Assembly (NCBI GenBank): GCA_002633005.1
Contig: NMRA01000686.1
Span: forward strand, 1 to 64,000
Source: Phoronis australis
Lineage: Eukaryota > Animalia > Phoronida
Length of the DNA: 64,000 nucleotides
Direction: 5' to 3'
Of the stretch, positions 37,308 to 51,688 are shown piece by piece. The position numbers and the translations under genes were made by a program. A model generated the notes under the pieces. The model worked only from the letters and a program-made list of their open reading frames with translations. It was not told where the DNA came from and made no database searches. Position 1 is the first letter of the stretch, and every line of letters starts with the position of its first letter.

Positions 37308-40300
37308 GATTTTTGACCCTCCCTGCGACTTTAACCCGCAATGCTGTTTGGAGCAAGTCAACTATATTCGTTCAGATCTAATATTACTTCAAATATGTAC
37401 ATGCTTATATAATCATTGTCACAATAATAGCATCTCCGACCGAGCGACAGAATGCATGTACAATAATTACAATACCGATCCAAGAAAGGATTAATAAAAA
37501 TAACAGAAACAGCAACTTCGTATAGTGCGTATGCAATGACGATGGCTTAAATCAACACACAAAGTGTGGTGTTTTACAAACGAACGACATGTATCTCACG
37601 AAACGCTCGAGTCCTATTTTTGGTTGCAGTTTTTCGAATACTTGTTTGTGGAAGTTAAGCTCCGCGGTTATAATATAACAACAAAATAGCATAGTAGTGA
37701 AGAATCGGTCATCGCATCATGGCCCAATGCTTGGTGGTATAAACCAGTCCCAAGTAGGGACTAAACATAGTTTCCTAAATCTACTACGTATTTGTGGGCC
37801 TGTAAAACAACGATTGCTCTGTTTTGTGTCACTTGAGTCTCATTACTAAGTCAATTTTAGGATTTGCCTGTAGTGTGAACTCTATATTGAATTTCTCTGT
37901 CAGAAGATAGTATTTGAATGTTTAAAGAGGTTTACGTTAACCTTCACTGAAGTGCCAAAATTTTGTAAATTTTGCCAATTTTGTGTATTTGATTTTTAAC
38001 TATTTTGAGATGCTCTTGGGCCAGTTTGTGTGGTGCTGGTGGTTTCCGTTGATATGTTTCTTCAGATTGCTGTCTGACTAAGAAAATAAAATAATATGTG
38101 GATTTTTTGTTTTCATGCAACCGCCGAATAAAAGACGTTCCATTACGATTCTTACGGTGCCTGACTAATGGCAGTTTGTAACAGTGTCTTATAAGCGTAC
38201 TAAAGGGGCGTCGTTAACTTTGGAAGTTGTTTCTATGGTGATCCAATCAGTCGATGTCAGTTTTTAGATACTTCGAATACTGCTGGCCCCCAGGTGGCAA
38301 TTTATATAACTAGACTTTTGGTTAAGTTTCATGATACTTGCCAAAACATTTCCATCGCTGAAACGATGGCATAGCACGTCTGTGAACGATGCTTCAATCT
38401 TAATATAATTCTGTTACATTTTTTTTCTGTCTACTAGCTACTGTACCTGAGGTTGAATTCTGATTGATATCGAAATGTTGTTTACATGCTGCACTCTAGC
38501 ACCCTTTTTGTTTTCCACTTCTTATTTCTTATTTGCCCAAAAACTAATATTATTTACATGATGATGCATGTTTTGGAATGAAACTAACCTGTGCTGCCAT
38601 ACCAGTGATAGTTTTAGACTTTCGGAAGCCGTCCATGCGCCTTACCTGTGCCCATCCCCGTCAACTGCTAACTGGTGCCTTGGTAACGTCCACATTATTG
38701 ACGGATAATCATTACATAAAAGTGTACAAAGTTACTTTAATCCGAGTTTTGTTATTTTTACAGAATTGTAATTGTTTAACCTATTCCCCCCAAATCTGAT
38801 GCTGTCACTTGTCACACTCCCACAAGAGATACATGTAAAATGATACGTCTTAAAAATTGGACGCACAGCTTTCAAATTTTTAATTGTAGCTAAGGATTAT
38901 ACCTGGTTATAGGATGTGTTCAAATCAGTGCGCAAACTTAAATGATCATAACAGCCTTTTGCCATATAGATTAACTTAGGAGGTACTATGGAAATTTTAC
39001 GAATACGGAATGAACAAAGCTCACCTCAACCACCAAAGTAGACATGTATAATTGTTGCCATGGCGATTGAGTACCATAAAAGCTTCCTACTTAAACTTTA
39101 ATTTGACAAGCACGATGTTAACTAATATGAAACTATAATGCAGCAGGATTCGAGTAAGTTTCACACTTCATTATCCCTTTCTGTGAATCAAGTAACAATA
39201 TCACACGTTGCCGCTTTGAAATAGAAAGTAACTATGGATCAAACTCACATTTTACGCATGGAATTTAGAAAAAAATATGTGTCCTATAGTGAAACATAAT
39301 CATACTTTGAACAGAAGTTGACTTTTAAGCAAAAAACTAGTTTAAAACAATTTAAACAGAATTTTGCAGAGCGTACGGTCAACTGAATGGACAATTCACA
39401 TTGAAAGAAATATGAGATGTCTAATAGTAAGGGCACAAGCACCGGAACATTGTACAAAACCTCTTGGCGTAGCAGTATGTCTACAAATATGTGATAGTTA
39501 AATCTTCACCGATGACGATGTAGCCGGTTTATCATGCCTTTCAGTTCAGAAAAGTGCTCACGTTGTCCAACGTGAATTGTGAGCATATTAACTATTACAT
39601 AGTTTACACCAGCGTTATTAAATTCTGTTGTTAAACATATGAATGCAGAAAATGGTAGGTAAGGACATGTGTTACTAAGTTTTACAGCTAGAAAATTTGT
39701 GAAAATGACTCTCACGAACTTTTAATCTGTAACCTATTCTTTTAACACCGCAAAATTGCCGACCCGAAAATTTGACACATAAACTTAGATAACTTTTGAA
39801 TGCACCGGGTGATTTTGATAAATTTTCATCTTTGTATTTCGAACATCACCACCTTTCTTGTGATGTAGGCATCTGTCTTCAAACCGAAAACATAATTTTC
39901 GGTTCAATCGATTCATACTGTGCCGAACCCTTACTTCAAAAGATTTTTTCAAAAGTAAAAACTAAATTACTTTGATATCTGGCACAAGTTGGAAAAGTTC
40001 CTTACAAATCACGTGAATTATTCATGTCAGCTTAAAAAGTGCATCTAAGGTCGCCAACCGTTTTGGGTATTGGCACCAGGCAATTATGCCATCACTCGTA
40101 CCTGGCAAAAAGGTCAGTTATGAACGCTCAAAGCGCGGTGAAATGACAGTAGGGATATGTCAAACATCATTATGGTCCCTAAAAGGGTGGTTCCCATTAA
40201 TTATTTTTCTTAAAACCATTTTAAGTGTAGGAAAGCTACAAAATATTCTTTTAAAAAGTTTACGCAATATCGGAGCATTTTTCAGAACAAAAAACGAAGA

Positions 40301-40984
40301 AAAACATCCATGAAATTAATTCACATATCGAAGATCTATCCAAAAACTTATAATTACATGTCCACAGCACCGCAAGCTAGCTTATAGAAGCACTTGAATG
40401 ACCCCCACTATCAACACTAAAAAAGTGCTTACGGATTTTACTCCCATTCCACGTGGTGAATGCTGCAAAACCATTAAACATTCATAATTGATAGTTATCA
40501 TGTCCCACTTGTTGATCCCACTACCGGTATATGTATGCAACTATTTGCCATTTATATTGGAAAATTTCTGTTTTCGGTATACAAAAACGTGTCATTTTCT
40601 TCATATACCTTTGAAGGCATATAGGTAAAACAGGATTGTTCGAAAAATTGTGATTGTTTTGCTTCAGCCCAGCTTCTCCACATCATATTCCTGGTCTGCA
40701 AGCCGTTCAGTACTTTCACTCCCTAATTGGGGCATATATTGAACAATCAAGATTTCCCTTGCCGCGCGTGACTCAGGTGACCCCCAGACCTAAACACCCA
40801 CTTACTGAACATTGTTGAAAGATCGCCAATTGCGGATACCTTGTCTGCTTATCCCAACCCCCTGTTGCCAAAAAACCCAGTGAGTGATTAAGAGGCGGGG
40901 GAACAAAGACCCCCCTAAAATTCTCCCCTATTCCAGTTCGGGAATTCGAAAGTCCGACGGGCGAAATCCTGCCTAATAGATCTA

Positions 40985-41285
40985 CACTCGCGCACCCAGG
41001 GGGGAGGGCTCGAATGAGCCCCCTCCCCTTTTTTACGAAGTGGCAAAAAGGTCCTTCATTGAGAAAACAAAAAGGCCGAGGAAACGAGACAAAAATCCAC
41101 AGGAATTCGTTGCGAATGCACAATGCACGGGGTTTAACCTACATTGTAGTACCCCACTTTTTAATACTCGTCTTTTTGTTCCTGTAAAAGGTCCCCATTA
41201 CCGCGAAATTCAAGCGCCCCGTCTATATTTTAGTCTGGGTGCGCGCATGTGATCCTTTGCCTCAAAATTCTGGATCCGCCCCTGG
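40985..41285. mobile_element. Short MITE-like fragments
   Basis: Inverted ends CACTCGCGCACCCAG and CTGGGTGCGCGCATG, followed by the terminus GGATCCGCCCCTG (also seen at ~26428-26440). No clean TSD. Confidence 0.4.
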
Positions 41286-43699
41286 AACCCTTGAATAATG
41301 ACAGGAAGGGATTTCATGTATATGAGGTCATTTTTTCATGGGCTAAAACTCTTCACATTAAATTTAGACCCTGTGAAAAAACTAGCCCGGGTCATTTTTC
41401 GCGGGGTCATTAATTAATGCTACACCAGCTCGGTTGGGTACATATTTCCACTCGGTTTAGAGTGAGAAATTCTGTATTTTGGGTATAGGTCGGATGAGCA
41501 TTTCTGTCATACAGATTTGATATTTTGGTTACTATGCACTTTACTTTTTGCGCAAGTTTTGAATCACAAAAGAAAGAGCAAGCAGTGCAAATCCACAAAA
41601 TTTCCAATATCAATTTTAACATAAGTACAAATTTTGCAGGGATCTGATTGTTTTAATGCAACAGAAGAAATCTGATTTCGAATTACTTGGTTAAGAAATG
41701 AGTTTTCAAAGCAGAGTCTGTTTCAACAGAAGATATATTATTGACTCAGATGTATTGATTTTGATGGCTAACGAGTGGGTTCGCGGATGTTATTTTTCAG
41801 AACAGGTAAAAATACATATGATTGTCATTGATACCAAATATTTACTTAAGTACAATTAACAAACAGCAGCAGCATTGAATAACAGCATATGCTGGTCAAT
41901 AAGTGTCTTTTAAATTGAGGTTATATATAATTTCAATCACCAAGACTGATGCGCAAACAACGCATAATCGCTCCGCTAAAACTATTTTGGCAGAACTTAA
42001 AAACCCAGTGGCAGCACATCTAAACTCCATGATCGAACCAAACAAACCCATGACTCAGAGGCAGGACCAAAGTACTTAACTCTTTGGCTACAAGCATAGC
42101 ACTGCGAGCCCGCCGATTTTTTGTCAGATGCCGTAGGTCTCCCAGTGTTTTCAGCCATTTTTGTCCTGTGTAATACTCTCCAATGGGGCGTCATATTGAT
42201 AACGCGAGCTGCATGTATCTAAGTGGCGCGCGCCCCGTCTATGTGCTGCTGTGGCTTCCACAAATGCATATTTTCATGTCCGAAAAAGGCGTATATATGT
42301 GGACTTTCCTCACAACTCCTCAATATAGCACTATTAAAAAAAAACACAAAAAACAACGGCAAATGCGGTCTTCCATCCATTGCGTACAAATCTGATAACA
42401 TAAAAAACATTTGTGTTTGATTGTGGCTCGTTTCTTGGTATCTGGTGTATCAAAGGCTTTTTATATCTCTTAAGATGTATAAATAAAATTCCTGTTGCGA
42501 CACAGGGTCGTGGTGGGTCCTCTTTTCCTGGGAAACGCGTGCCGCATGAACGGGGCACGGAGCATCGAGCAATCTGCCACTAAAAGCGCGGTCATCAGAT
42601 CAGTAAATCGCAAATGCTTCGAAAACGTTAAGTGTGAACCAGGAACTTATAGATCAGTACAGATAGATGTATAGATTGGTGTGTATACCCCTCAAATTTC
42701 ACCCAATGGATTCGTGAATGACTGGATGCACTGTAGTCCAGTGATTCTAGGGCTCCAGAGGGCCCAACCTAGAAAAAACGACAACAGGAGGTTTTTTTTT
42801 TGCATGAACGGCATCTTCAAACATCCCTTGGTGGCAGAAAAAAAATCTACCGTAAAATAAAACCAATATGGCCGACAAAATGGCGGCCGAAACGGGAATT
42901 TGGTACATGTTGCAAGATTTCTTTTTATATTTTGCCCTGAAAATGGCAAAAGTGTGATTCTTTTGTAAGTTAGGCAAATGAAAATATCTGAACATTACAA
43001 TTAGTCACTGGTTCACGAGAAAAAAAAAAACAAGATGGCTGACAAAATGGCCGCCAAAATAGCTGACAATTCAAAAACCCCAATTTACCGCATTTACGTT
43101 CTGCAAACTTTGTTTGTAACCTGATACGCATTTACACAAAAGCATTTTACAATCTATCATCAGGGTTAATGAGTTGATTATTTCTATTATTTGTTTTTAA
43201 GATTTATATACAAAAAGTGGAATTTTAATCATATTTAGATTATATAACATAAAAGTTAGCGTGTTTTTCAGAAAAGGCTTTAGTTATATTTTCACAATAC
43301 ATTTCACAAACTCAATTATTTTTCTGTAAAATATATTGATTTGAGGTATCAAAATAATATTTGTAAGAAAAATATTTTATTCTGGTGGAGTCATTGGCTT
43401 ATTCATTACACAAACCCTTAATAAAATTGGGCAGAAAGTGGCTTTTTTCTCTGCTACTGGAGATATTGTTAGTTGTTTCCAAGCATCGATTTCGTCTGCT
43501 GCTGGCATGTATTGAGAATTTGGCTGCTGATTTCACCTGAGTTTGATGAAAAGCAAACAGGATTGTGTAACGAAAAGTTATTAATTAAACTTTAATAGTT
43601 AGGACCCAAAATTTGTTTAATATGCATGCTTTTTATGAACATAAGTAACTGCTTTTGGAGGAAATTAGTGCCTGCAAACAAAACGACAGTGGTCTGCAG

Positions 43700-46600
43700 T
43701 CACTTCTTCTTAGCCAGGCTTGGAAGATTTCATACTGAGATGAGCTTTCTGGGATGCGTTGGATACGTAATGTCAAGCACAGGGCTTCAAGGAGTTCTTG
43801 AGACGGTGTATGCATCAAACAGTGTGATCCTTGTGTTAAATGGAAAAAGTGTGGATAGAGCAGTGAGGGGCCATATGTTGGTAGACTCAGCACTGAATGC
43901 TATCATAAAAACCAGAGCATTCAACATCCCACTTCCAAATTTTGACAGATCAAGTAATGCCAATCCAAAACCAATGAAGAAAGAAATTCAGGTTCTTCCG
44001 AAATTCCAGGAGCCCGGAATGTCACCAACACAGAACACACAGATTCCATGCCAAGAGGTGGAGCACTTCAATGCTTGTACACAAATTTTGGCTCGTCAGA
44101 ATATGTAGACAGGTTCTTCAGACATCTCAGACATCCCAACTGATCACATAACAGGATGTATACTATGGGGCATGCCATACTCAGCCAGTGTCTTCCAATT
44201 CTGAACCTTGGATTATAGTGGAATGCCCTCACGAGAGTTCACTTCTGGCCTACTGCCATTGGTATATTCAAACACGACTGAATCAAAGTATAGGTCTTCA
44301 GAATTCGCGGTGACAGAGAATAATTCGTCAGAAGAATCGATGGCCAATGATGATTTAAGAGATGGTCTGAAGTGGTATGATGATCTTATTGCTGGCATGA
44401 CTGCTGTGTGCGACGATGTATGCTAGTAGGAGTGTCTTTTGTGTATCCATAAAAATCGAAGCACATAAATCAGACTTGTCCTTGCAAAGTCGATTCATTA
44501 GTCTTTAGCTGCAGTATATGAAGATGACTGACATCCTTCGACTTTTTTAAAAGCAGAAATAACGCCAGATTGGGAGTTTCCCTTAAAAGCAGTTTCTGAA
44601 GTGCTGTCTTACTTTGCAGCTGCTGGTCACAACTCTTATGCAAATCTTCATACATATACTTGAAGCAGACGTAGCAACTCAAAGACACCCGTCCACACGT
44701 CTACGGCCAACACACCATAAGACAATTAAAGAGACAGATTCTGGGCAGGCCTGTCATAATGAGCTATGATGAACAAACGCTCATGAAACGTATTAAAACA
44801 ACAGGAGGTTTAACTAGAGTTTGCGAAATGGGAGATACACAGAGTGCACCGTGGCTGCTTTCCTTGCCGGCATGCTCAAGTACAAATGGTGCCATGCAGA
44901 CTGCGACAAACCTGAGTTGTGAAACAAGTCAGCAGCATGACGTACCCAGGCAAGACAGTCGCGTGACGACAAAGACCCATTTTAAAGAGAAACATTACAG
45001 AACATCACCACTGATGTGACTGCAGGCACATGCCTCAGTGCCAAAAATGCCAGAGAAGTGGGGAAGGCGGTTCACTTGTCTATGGAGATGTCAAGTGTGA
45101 AAGACTTCACATTCAGAATAAAGACAATGTTGTGGCAATGACAAGTCAATCAACTCATGCTGCTAATAGTAATTTTACACAAGTGGATCCGCGACTGCTA
45201 TTTCAGTGAATCTTGACAGCAGCAAAAGACAACAGTGAAAGTTCATAAAGCCTTTTGAAGTTTGAGGTGTGTGTTGGTTTCCCTGCTCTTTTGATATAAC
45301 TGTGCCCGGTCTCTAATCTTTGTACTCGAAACGAACTCGATACTATTTTGGCAATTTCCCTGCTCCTTTTGTGCAAACTTAAGATAATTGGTTATCAGAC
45401 TGTGCTCGAATACATTATAGTTTATGCACTGGAGTTTCTAGTTCAAGTTTGCCCTTGAAGACCCTTATATTTGTGCTACAAACTCGAGTAAAAACTCGAA
45501 ATTCCGAGTTCAAACTCGAACTTTTTGCTTTAATATTAGGTTTACAAACTGTGAACTAAGGGCAATACATTATCTACGTAAGTTACACTGTATTGTGTAC
45601 TCGAGCATAGAATAATAGACACTTATTTTGAGTTCGCCCAAAAGTAGAGTAGAAAATGCCAAACCTAATTTCGAGTTCCATTTCGAGTAAAAGATTGGAG
45701 ACGGGCCCTGGTCTTCTGAGAGTCGCTAATGAATCAATATGAGCTGATGCACTCTGGACCAGTGGGGGACTACCTGAGGATTTCAATTGACAGAAAACAC
45801 GGTGATGCATGTAATCGACAGCAGATCTTTCCTTCACGGTATTCCATGGCCAAGAGGTGCAAAGTTTCAGTCATTTGGTAGAGCTTATGTGGATTACATC
45901 AGCAAGTGCACCCAGCTACTGATGTTTTTGATGGTTACTGAGATGGACCATCAGCTAAAGATGTCTCTCATGTTTGAAGACTGGGTGGGGTGGTTGGAAC
46001 TGAAATCACTTCAATGATGACATGGTGATCAAGTAAAAAAGGAACATTTTTGGCAAAAAGCAAAAACAAACAACGATTCACTCACTTCTTGTCAAGTTTG
46101 CTAGGAAATTCTGATTGCACAGTGGTACAAGCTCGAGGTGACGCAGATATTTTAATTGTAGAAACAGCAGTAGAGAACGCAGCACAAGGTCCTACTACCC
46201 TCATTGCAGAAGATAAAGATTTGTTGGTTCTTTTGCGTTACCATGCTACTTCACAACAAATTCCATTGTTCATGGAATTTGACAAGTGGCACCAAAGCAA
46301 GAGGAGAGTCTGAGACATCAAGAAACTACAGTTGTCTCTTGATTCCGAAACTTGCGCAGTTTTTTTCATTTGTGCATGCAACACAACATTACAGCTGTTC
46401 AGTATCAGGAAAGGCTCTCCCATTCAAGAAACTGCGTGATCGACAATTCTGCAAAAACCCTAGTAAGAATATTCACTAGACACATGCAACTGAAGCAAGA
46501 CATATTTAAAGCTGGTAAGAGTTGTATCTGTGCTTCATGGCGGTACTAGCTCTAGAAATTTGGATGACTTGCAATACAGGTAACGTGTGGGGGAGGTGTC

Positions 46601-46945
46601 AGACTGGCCACAGTCCAAATACAGTCATTATCACCAACTTTCTTCAGTAGCTAAATTCCATGCTGCCGGGACATGTTATCAAGAGCAAAAGCGGTTTAAG
46701 TTTCCGTGGCAGTGGCTTAGACTCGGTGTATTGGGGATGGATGCTGGCAGGTGGAAATTTCATTCCCACGACGACGGACCAGTTAGCAGCACCAGAGAAC
46801 CTGATGGAAGTAGTGAGATGCTCATGTAAGACCAACTGCAGTTCCAAGTGATGTACTTGCAAGAAGTAAGGAGTGCCATACTCGGTTGCGTGTGGAGCAG
46901 GCCGTGGTTTTAGTTGCAACAATTCATTCTCAGGTGACAGAGACT
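43700..46945 (+). pseudogene. Academ transposase/XPG/Cys-finger pseudogene
   Basis: Motifs RLGRFHTEMSFLGCVG, NGKSVDRAVRGHMLVDSAL, IKTTGGLTR, VQARGDADILIVETA and RCSCKTNCSSK*CTC, with many stops and frameshifts. Confidence 0.78.
45303..45707. mobile_element. PIF/Harbinger-like MITE inserted in the Academ ORF
   Basis: TIR (T)GCCCGGTCTCTAATCTTTGTACTCGAAA / TTTCGAGTAAAAGATTGGAGACGGGCC with TSD CTG. Removing it restores the reading FDITGLLRVAN. Confidence 0.7.
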
Positions 46946-49900
46946 AGCTCTGTAAATACTGGTTGACTGTGTATAGAATCACTAGCATTTACATCTAACT
47001 GGAAGTGACACAGACAGTGTGGATACTAGGTCACTGAATTAATTGCAGAGTTATTTTCATTACAGCACATTTTTAGGAGATGAATGATCCTTCAGTCCAG
47101 GCAAACCTGATGCTTTTGACCCAAATAAGTCATTCGTTAAACCATCTGGAAAATGGTAGTCATAATCATCAACAGTTCGACAAAAAGTTATTGTAATGGA
47201 CGTGCTGACCTAAAAAACTCAGGATATGGCGTGTCTCTTGAATCTGAAGTTCTTACAGGAAGCAACTATTTGGTGGTCATATTAGAAAATGGTGGAAGTA
47301 ATCATTAGAACCAAACGCGCAATGAGTCTAAATGGATTAGTCGACCCAGAAAACCTATGATACAATGCTTGAAGCAAGACGACATCTGTCTGTGCGAAAT
47401 TGTGTGATTCAAAATAGTTTTGGAGGCCATCTTGGAAAATGGCTGATGTTGACCCACAAAAGATAGGTAAACATTTTTTGAATTTTTACTTTATAACATT
47501 CCACTCTCGAGTTATAATGATCATCTGCAAATCTGGCGGCCATTTTGTCCGCCATCTTGGAAACGGTGAAGGTAATCATTAGTGCCAAATGCAACGAGTC
47601 TTAATGGATTAGTCGACCCGGAAAACCTACGATGCGATGTTTGAAGCAAGACGACACACTAACCTGTTCATGCGAGGTTGTGCGACTAAAGTTGGCCTAC
47701 ATGTAGCGGCCATCTTGGAAAATGGCGGACGGTGTCACCACAACCATGCAAAACCATTTCCAATGGATTTGTTGACCCAAAAAACATGGGTAAACCTCTC
47801 GAGCCATTTTGTCCGCCATCTTGAAAAAACAAATTCCGCCACTCCGATTCCGGTAGCTTTTTTTCCCACTAAGGGGTGTGAAAGGATACGATTTATTCAA
47901 TAAAACCTTCTGTTGCAATTTTTCCCGGGTTATCCGTAGAATGACTGGACTACTGGGAGTCCTTCAATTAAAGAGAAGTCATCGGAAAATATCGGAGAAC
48001 GTTTACATGTTTAAGAAAGGTACATTCATTGCAAAATAGCGCCTCTTTCGACTGTAATGAAGTCTTCTTTAAATGCAAAAAATCTTCAGTCCTTGGGAAT
48101 AGTAAATTAGTTTTTTCGTTTGATTTATATGAAAAATGAACGTAAGGTATTCATAAGTAGAAGTCATATTACTCACATTACTCAAAAACTGTGTGGTTAT
48201 ATTGGAAATCTGAAGTGAAATTGAACAAAGAAAAAATAAATATTACGTTTGGACAGTTTCAGAGAAATTCATTCTGCTGTCTTTGCGAAGTCGTGTTCCT
48301 AAGTGCAAATTAAGTCGGTTTGCCAAAGCCGAGATCAAGCCGATTTTGTTGCGAGACGTGAAAATCTCAAACACATCGGTTAATTGTTCAGAGGAAACGT
48401 TTTCACTCAGTGTAAACTGCGCATGCCCTAACCATGTTCGCTATTTCAACATCCACGCGCATTGTCAACTGAATTTGCCGAGCGTAATTAACTTAATCTC
48501 GCAGAAACATTTTATGATCATAGTCGATTAACAATGCATCCAATCCAACTAAATTATGTGGCTGTAAACCAATAAGTGGGTTAACCTGATGCATTCTGGT
48601 CGACTACAAAGTACATGTAGGTCAACTGTGCATTGTAATACACATAGAGGGACTTGAATTGTTAAAAGAAATCGAGTTGATGGTTAAAGCGCGTCGTGAG
48701 CATGAGATCGAAACGACAAAATTGGAAATTACCGATCAAATTAGGGAATTAGTGTGAGAATTCATCTCTTATCACAACTTGCTTTATTCGTGAAAACAAT
48801 GTCGCAGAGACGTGAAGTGACTTCAGCTCCCTCTCATCGGTCGTATGCATTTAGACGCCCAACTCCCTCATGATCAAACTTATGTTTTATTTCCATTTCT
48901 CAATATGGTGGTTACTCGGTAAATGAAAGGACTGAGGGTACATAGTTAGCTGAATGCAATCGAAAAACTCGATAAACTTAAGCACATTAATCTATAAAGA
49001 GTAACAAATTACACCTCGATATACAATCCGAAGAGCGGTGTTCCCACTCCAAATTGTAAAAGAATCCCTGAAACTGCGTAAAGCGAACCTCCGGGAAACG
49101 ACTGTGACTGTACATGTATACAAGATTTAGTACTAATACATCCAAAGACAACAAGCCTGGAACTTTAAATAAATACGTGTTGAATGCAAGTTATGTTGAT
49201 GAAACAAAAATGTGTCCTGAAGAGTGGGAATGATAGACCAAAATAAGAGCAATCGGAGGATATCGCTAAATCTCGAGAATGGTTGGCTAGAATTACAAGC
49301 GAATGGTGTCTGGTGATAGCCCTTTTAAAGTCGACCGGCATGACATATTCACGTAAAATTCGATGACGGTCAACGGAGATATGGCACACAGAACTAATGA
49401 CGATTTATTGGAATAAAGACTGAATTAACCAAGAACTTGTGTAAAGATGCCAGCAAATCAAACGGAACGACACATGAAATTTTTGATGACATGTAAGCGC
49501 ATAGAAATTTTTGGAAAAAGCCTCGGAAGACCTTGAACCTAGAGCTCTGCAAAGCAAGCATCATCCTTGGGAAAACCATGGGCTCAGATAAGTAACCGAT
49601 ATGAAAATTGTGTGGTAATTTCGAATGCATCGAAATGCGCCTTGGGAGACGAGCCTTTCAATGAATATCGGGACCATGTTTATTACCGACTGGTTCCCTT
49701 GAAAGAAATACGTGGTGGTTTTGAATTCAGTCATAATTGCCTAGCAGGCGCGTGGAATTAGGAAGTTGAACGAAACCCCTTTTTCAGTTCCTCTGCATTA
49801 ACATCGAAAAAATACATGCAAATATCTTGTGCTTCCCCATTTCATAAGATTTGATGGCGTTGATTGAAAATCTGTAACGTACCTATTATGGCAATTCGAT

Positions 49901-51496
49901 AACGATCCTCTCGTTATCAACAGCTTGTGCTGGCTGAAATAAAAAAGTGTGTAGATTTGACCCAAGAGGATCTTGACTAATTTGACANGCGCGTGGAATT
50001 AGGAAGTTGAACGAAACCCCTTTTTCAGTTCCTCTGCATTAACATCGAAAAAATACATGCAAATATCTTGTGCTTCCCCATTTCATAAGATTTGATGGCG
50101 TTGATTGAAAATCTGTATCGTACCTATTATGGCAATTCGATAACGATCTTCTCGTTATCAACAGCTTGTGCTGGCTGAAATAAAAAAGTGTGTAGATTTG
50201 ACCCAAGAGGATCTTGACTAATTTGACAAATTGACATAAATTGCCAAAAACTAATGTACTCTTGAGGGGGGTTATAAAATGGGCAAAACTGTACCTGCAG
50301 ATTTTCTGTGCCTAATGAACAGCCCGGCGATTCAAATGGACCGTGGAAATACGCCCGACACTCAGTTTACGACACTAAATGAGCACTGTCCAGCCAACCT
50401 TTGGAATATGATTCCGGTAAATTGAATATTTCATAAACAAACAACTTCCAGACATGTTTTGATATCAGTAAAACGCAAGTATTTAACATCTATTCATTAA
50501 TATTTTATTTTGGAACAACTACATTTTTCTTTGTTAAGGAGGAAAAAATTAAAACAAAAGGTCGCAAAAAGAACGGGCTAGGGTATGTATATCGCCAATG
50601 CACTGTTTTTAGAATCAAAAAGATACTGGATGAGTGAATGTCTGCCTATATGAACGCAACAAACTCAAGGTCATGGACAAAGCATCTTGTCAGATGTTCA
50701 ACACGCTTGACGGAAAGACTGTTATCGTAGTGTTTGAAATAGAAAAGTGCTTTAGTTATACACATCATTTTAATCAATTTCAACCGTGTCTTCTAAAGTC
50801 ACTGAAACGGTTATACGTGTAGCTGCACAGACATGCCATACTTTTTGGAAGCGGCAGTTCCAGTCAAAGGTATTGCACAGAATTTATAATAGTTGGTAAT
50901 TCAGATAGAATACAGTACTATACTGTCTGTTTAGTGCAATAACTTATTTAAGAAAGAACAATGATTTTCCGTGAATGTTTGCTTTAACTGCACCCTCACC
51001 TACTGCAATTATTGTATTTAGTGCATATACGTGTATAGTACTGTTAATCATGTTTTCACTACATTACTGCTGTATTTATCTTCATTTTGCTCGTGTGTTC
51101 TTTGTTCATTTATTTTGCGGTTTGTTAATTTTAAATCGATGTATTCTCCCATGTATTATTTGTATGTGGCTATGTGACAAATGGTCGGGAATTCTTCTTC
51201 TCGTGGCCTAGCACGATAGGCAGTGTCGGGGTATCCATTAAGCTTGCTTAGCTACACAACAGGTCACCTGTTTCACTTCCTAGGCAAAGGGGGCAACTAT
51301 GGCGAGGGAGGCGTGAATCTTGGAAGCTGTGGCAAGATAAAATGCTTGGGTGACCGGAGGGCAGGCGGAAAGTACAACGGTGATGGGAGTTAAAATCAGG
51401 ATGTAACAGTGCCCCAGCTTTGTTTTATATTACCGGTAGAGATCGGAGAAACCTTTATTCGGAATTGGCGATATAGTGAATCCTGGTCTGTTTCAG

Positions 51497-51688
51497 AGCT
51501 TGCGTGTATTCACCACAAGTGTTGCTCGTGGAAAAAGGCTGTGTGAATTGTTTCCTGAAATGTTTAGCGGTGTCAATGTGGGTACCTACAACACCACCTT
51601 TCGACACCTGTGCGATATCGACGTTTTTGATCTTGAAGAAGAATTACTAACGTCAAATCATAGAGTGGCGAAACCACTTCACCGTTTG
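51497..51688 (+). CDS. Host gene exon F (phase 0 to 0), two-Cys module homologous to exon D
   Basis: GTTTCAG| acceptor and TTG|GTATGT donor. Reads SLRVFTTSVARGKRLCELFPEMFSGVNVGTYNTTFRHLCDIDVFDLEEELLTSNHRVAKPLHRL, with the same C-E...[IL]CDI...L..E pattern, phase and similar size as exon D. Confidence 0.68.

Larger units (their letters stand above)
42734..47952 (+). mobile_element. Second Academ DNA transposon, decayed
   Basis: TIR TAGTCCAGTGATTCTA / TAGAATGACTGGACTA with 3-bp TSD CTG (42731-42733 and 47953-47955). Subterminal AAAATGGC.GCC repeats. Confidence 0.85.

Noticed and set aside
40668-40776. Candidate host exon (PASPHHIPGLQAVQYFHSLIGAYIEQSR...)
   Set aside because: The donor is weak and the phase-2 start does not join exon E.
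49748-50230. ~240-bp tandem duplication
   Set aside because: The copies meet exactly at the N at 49988, which points to an assembly or haplotype overlap.
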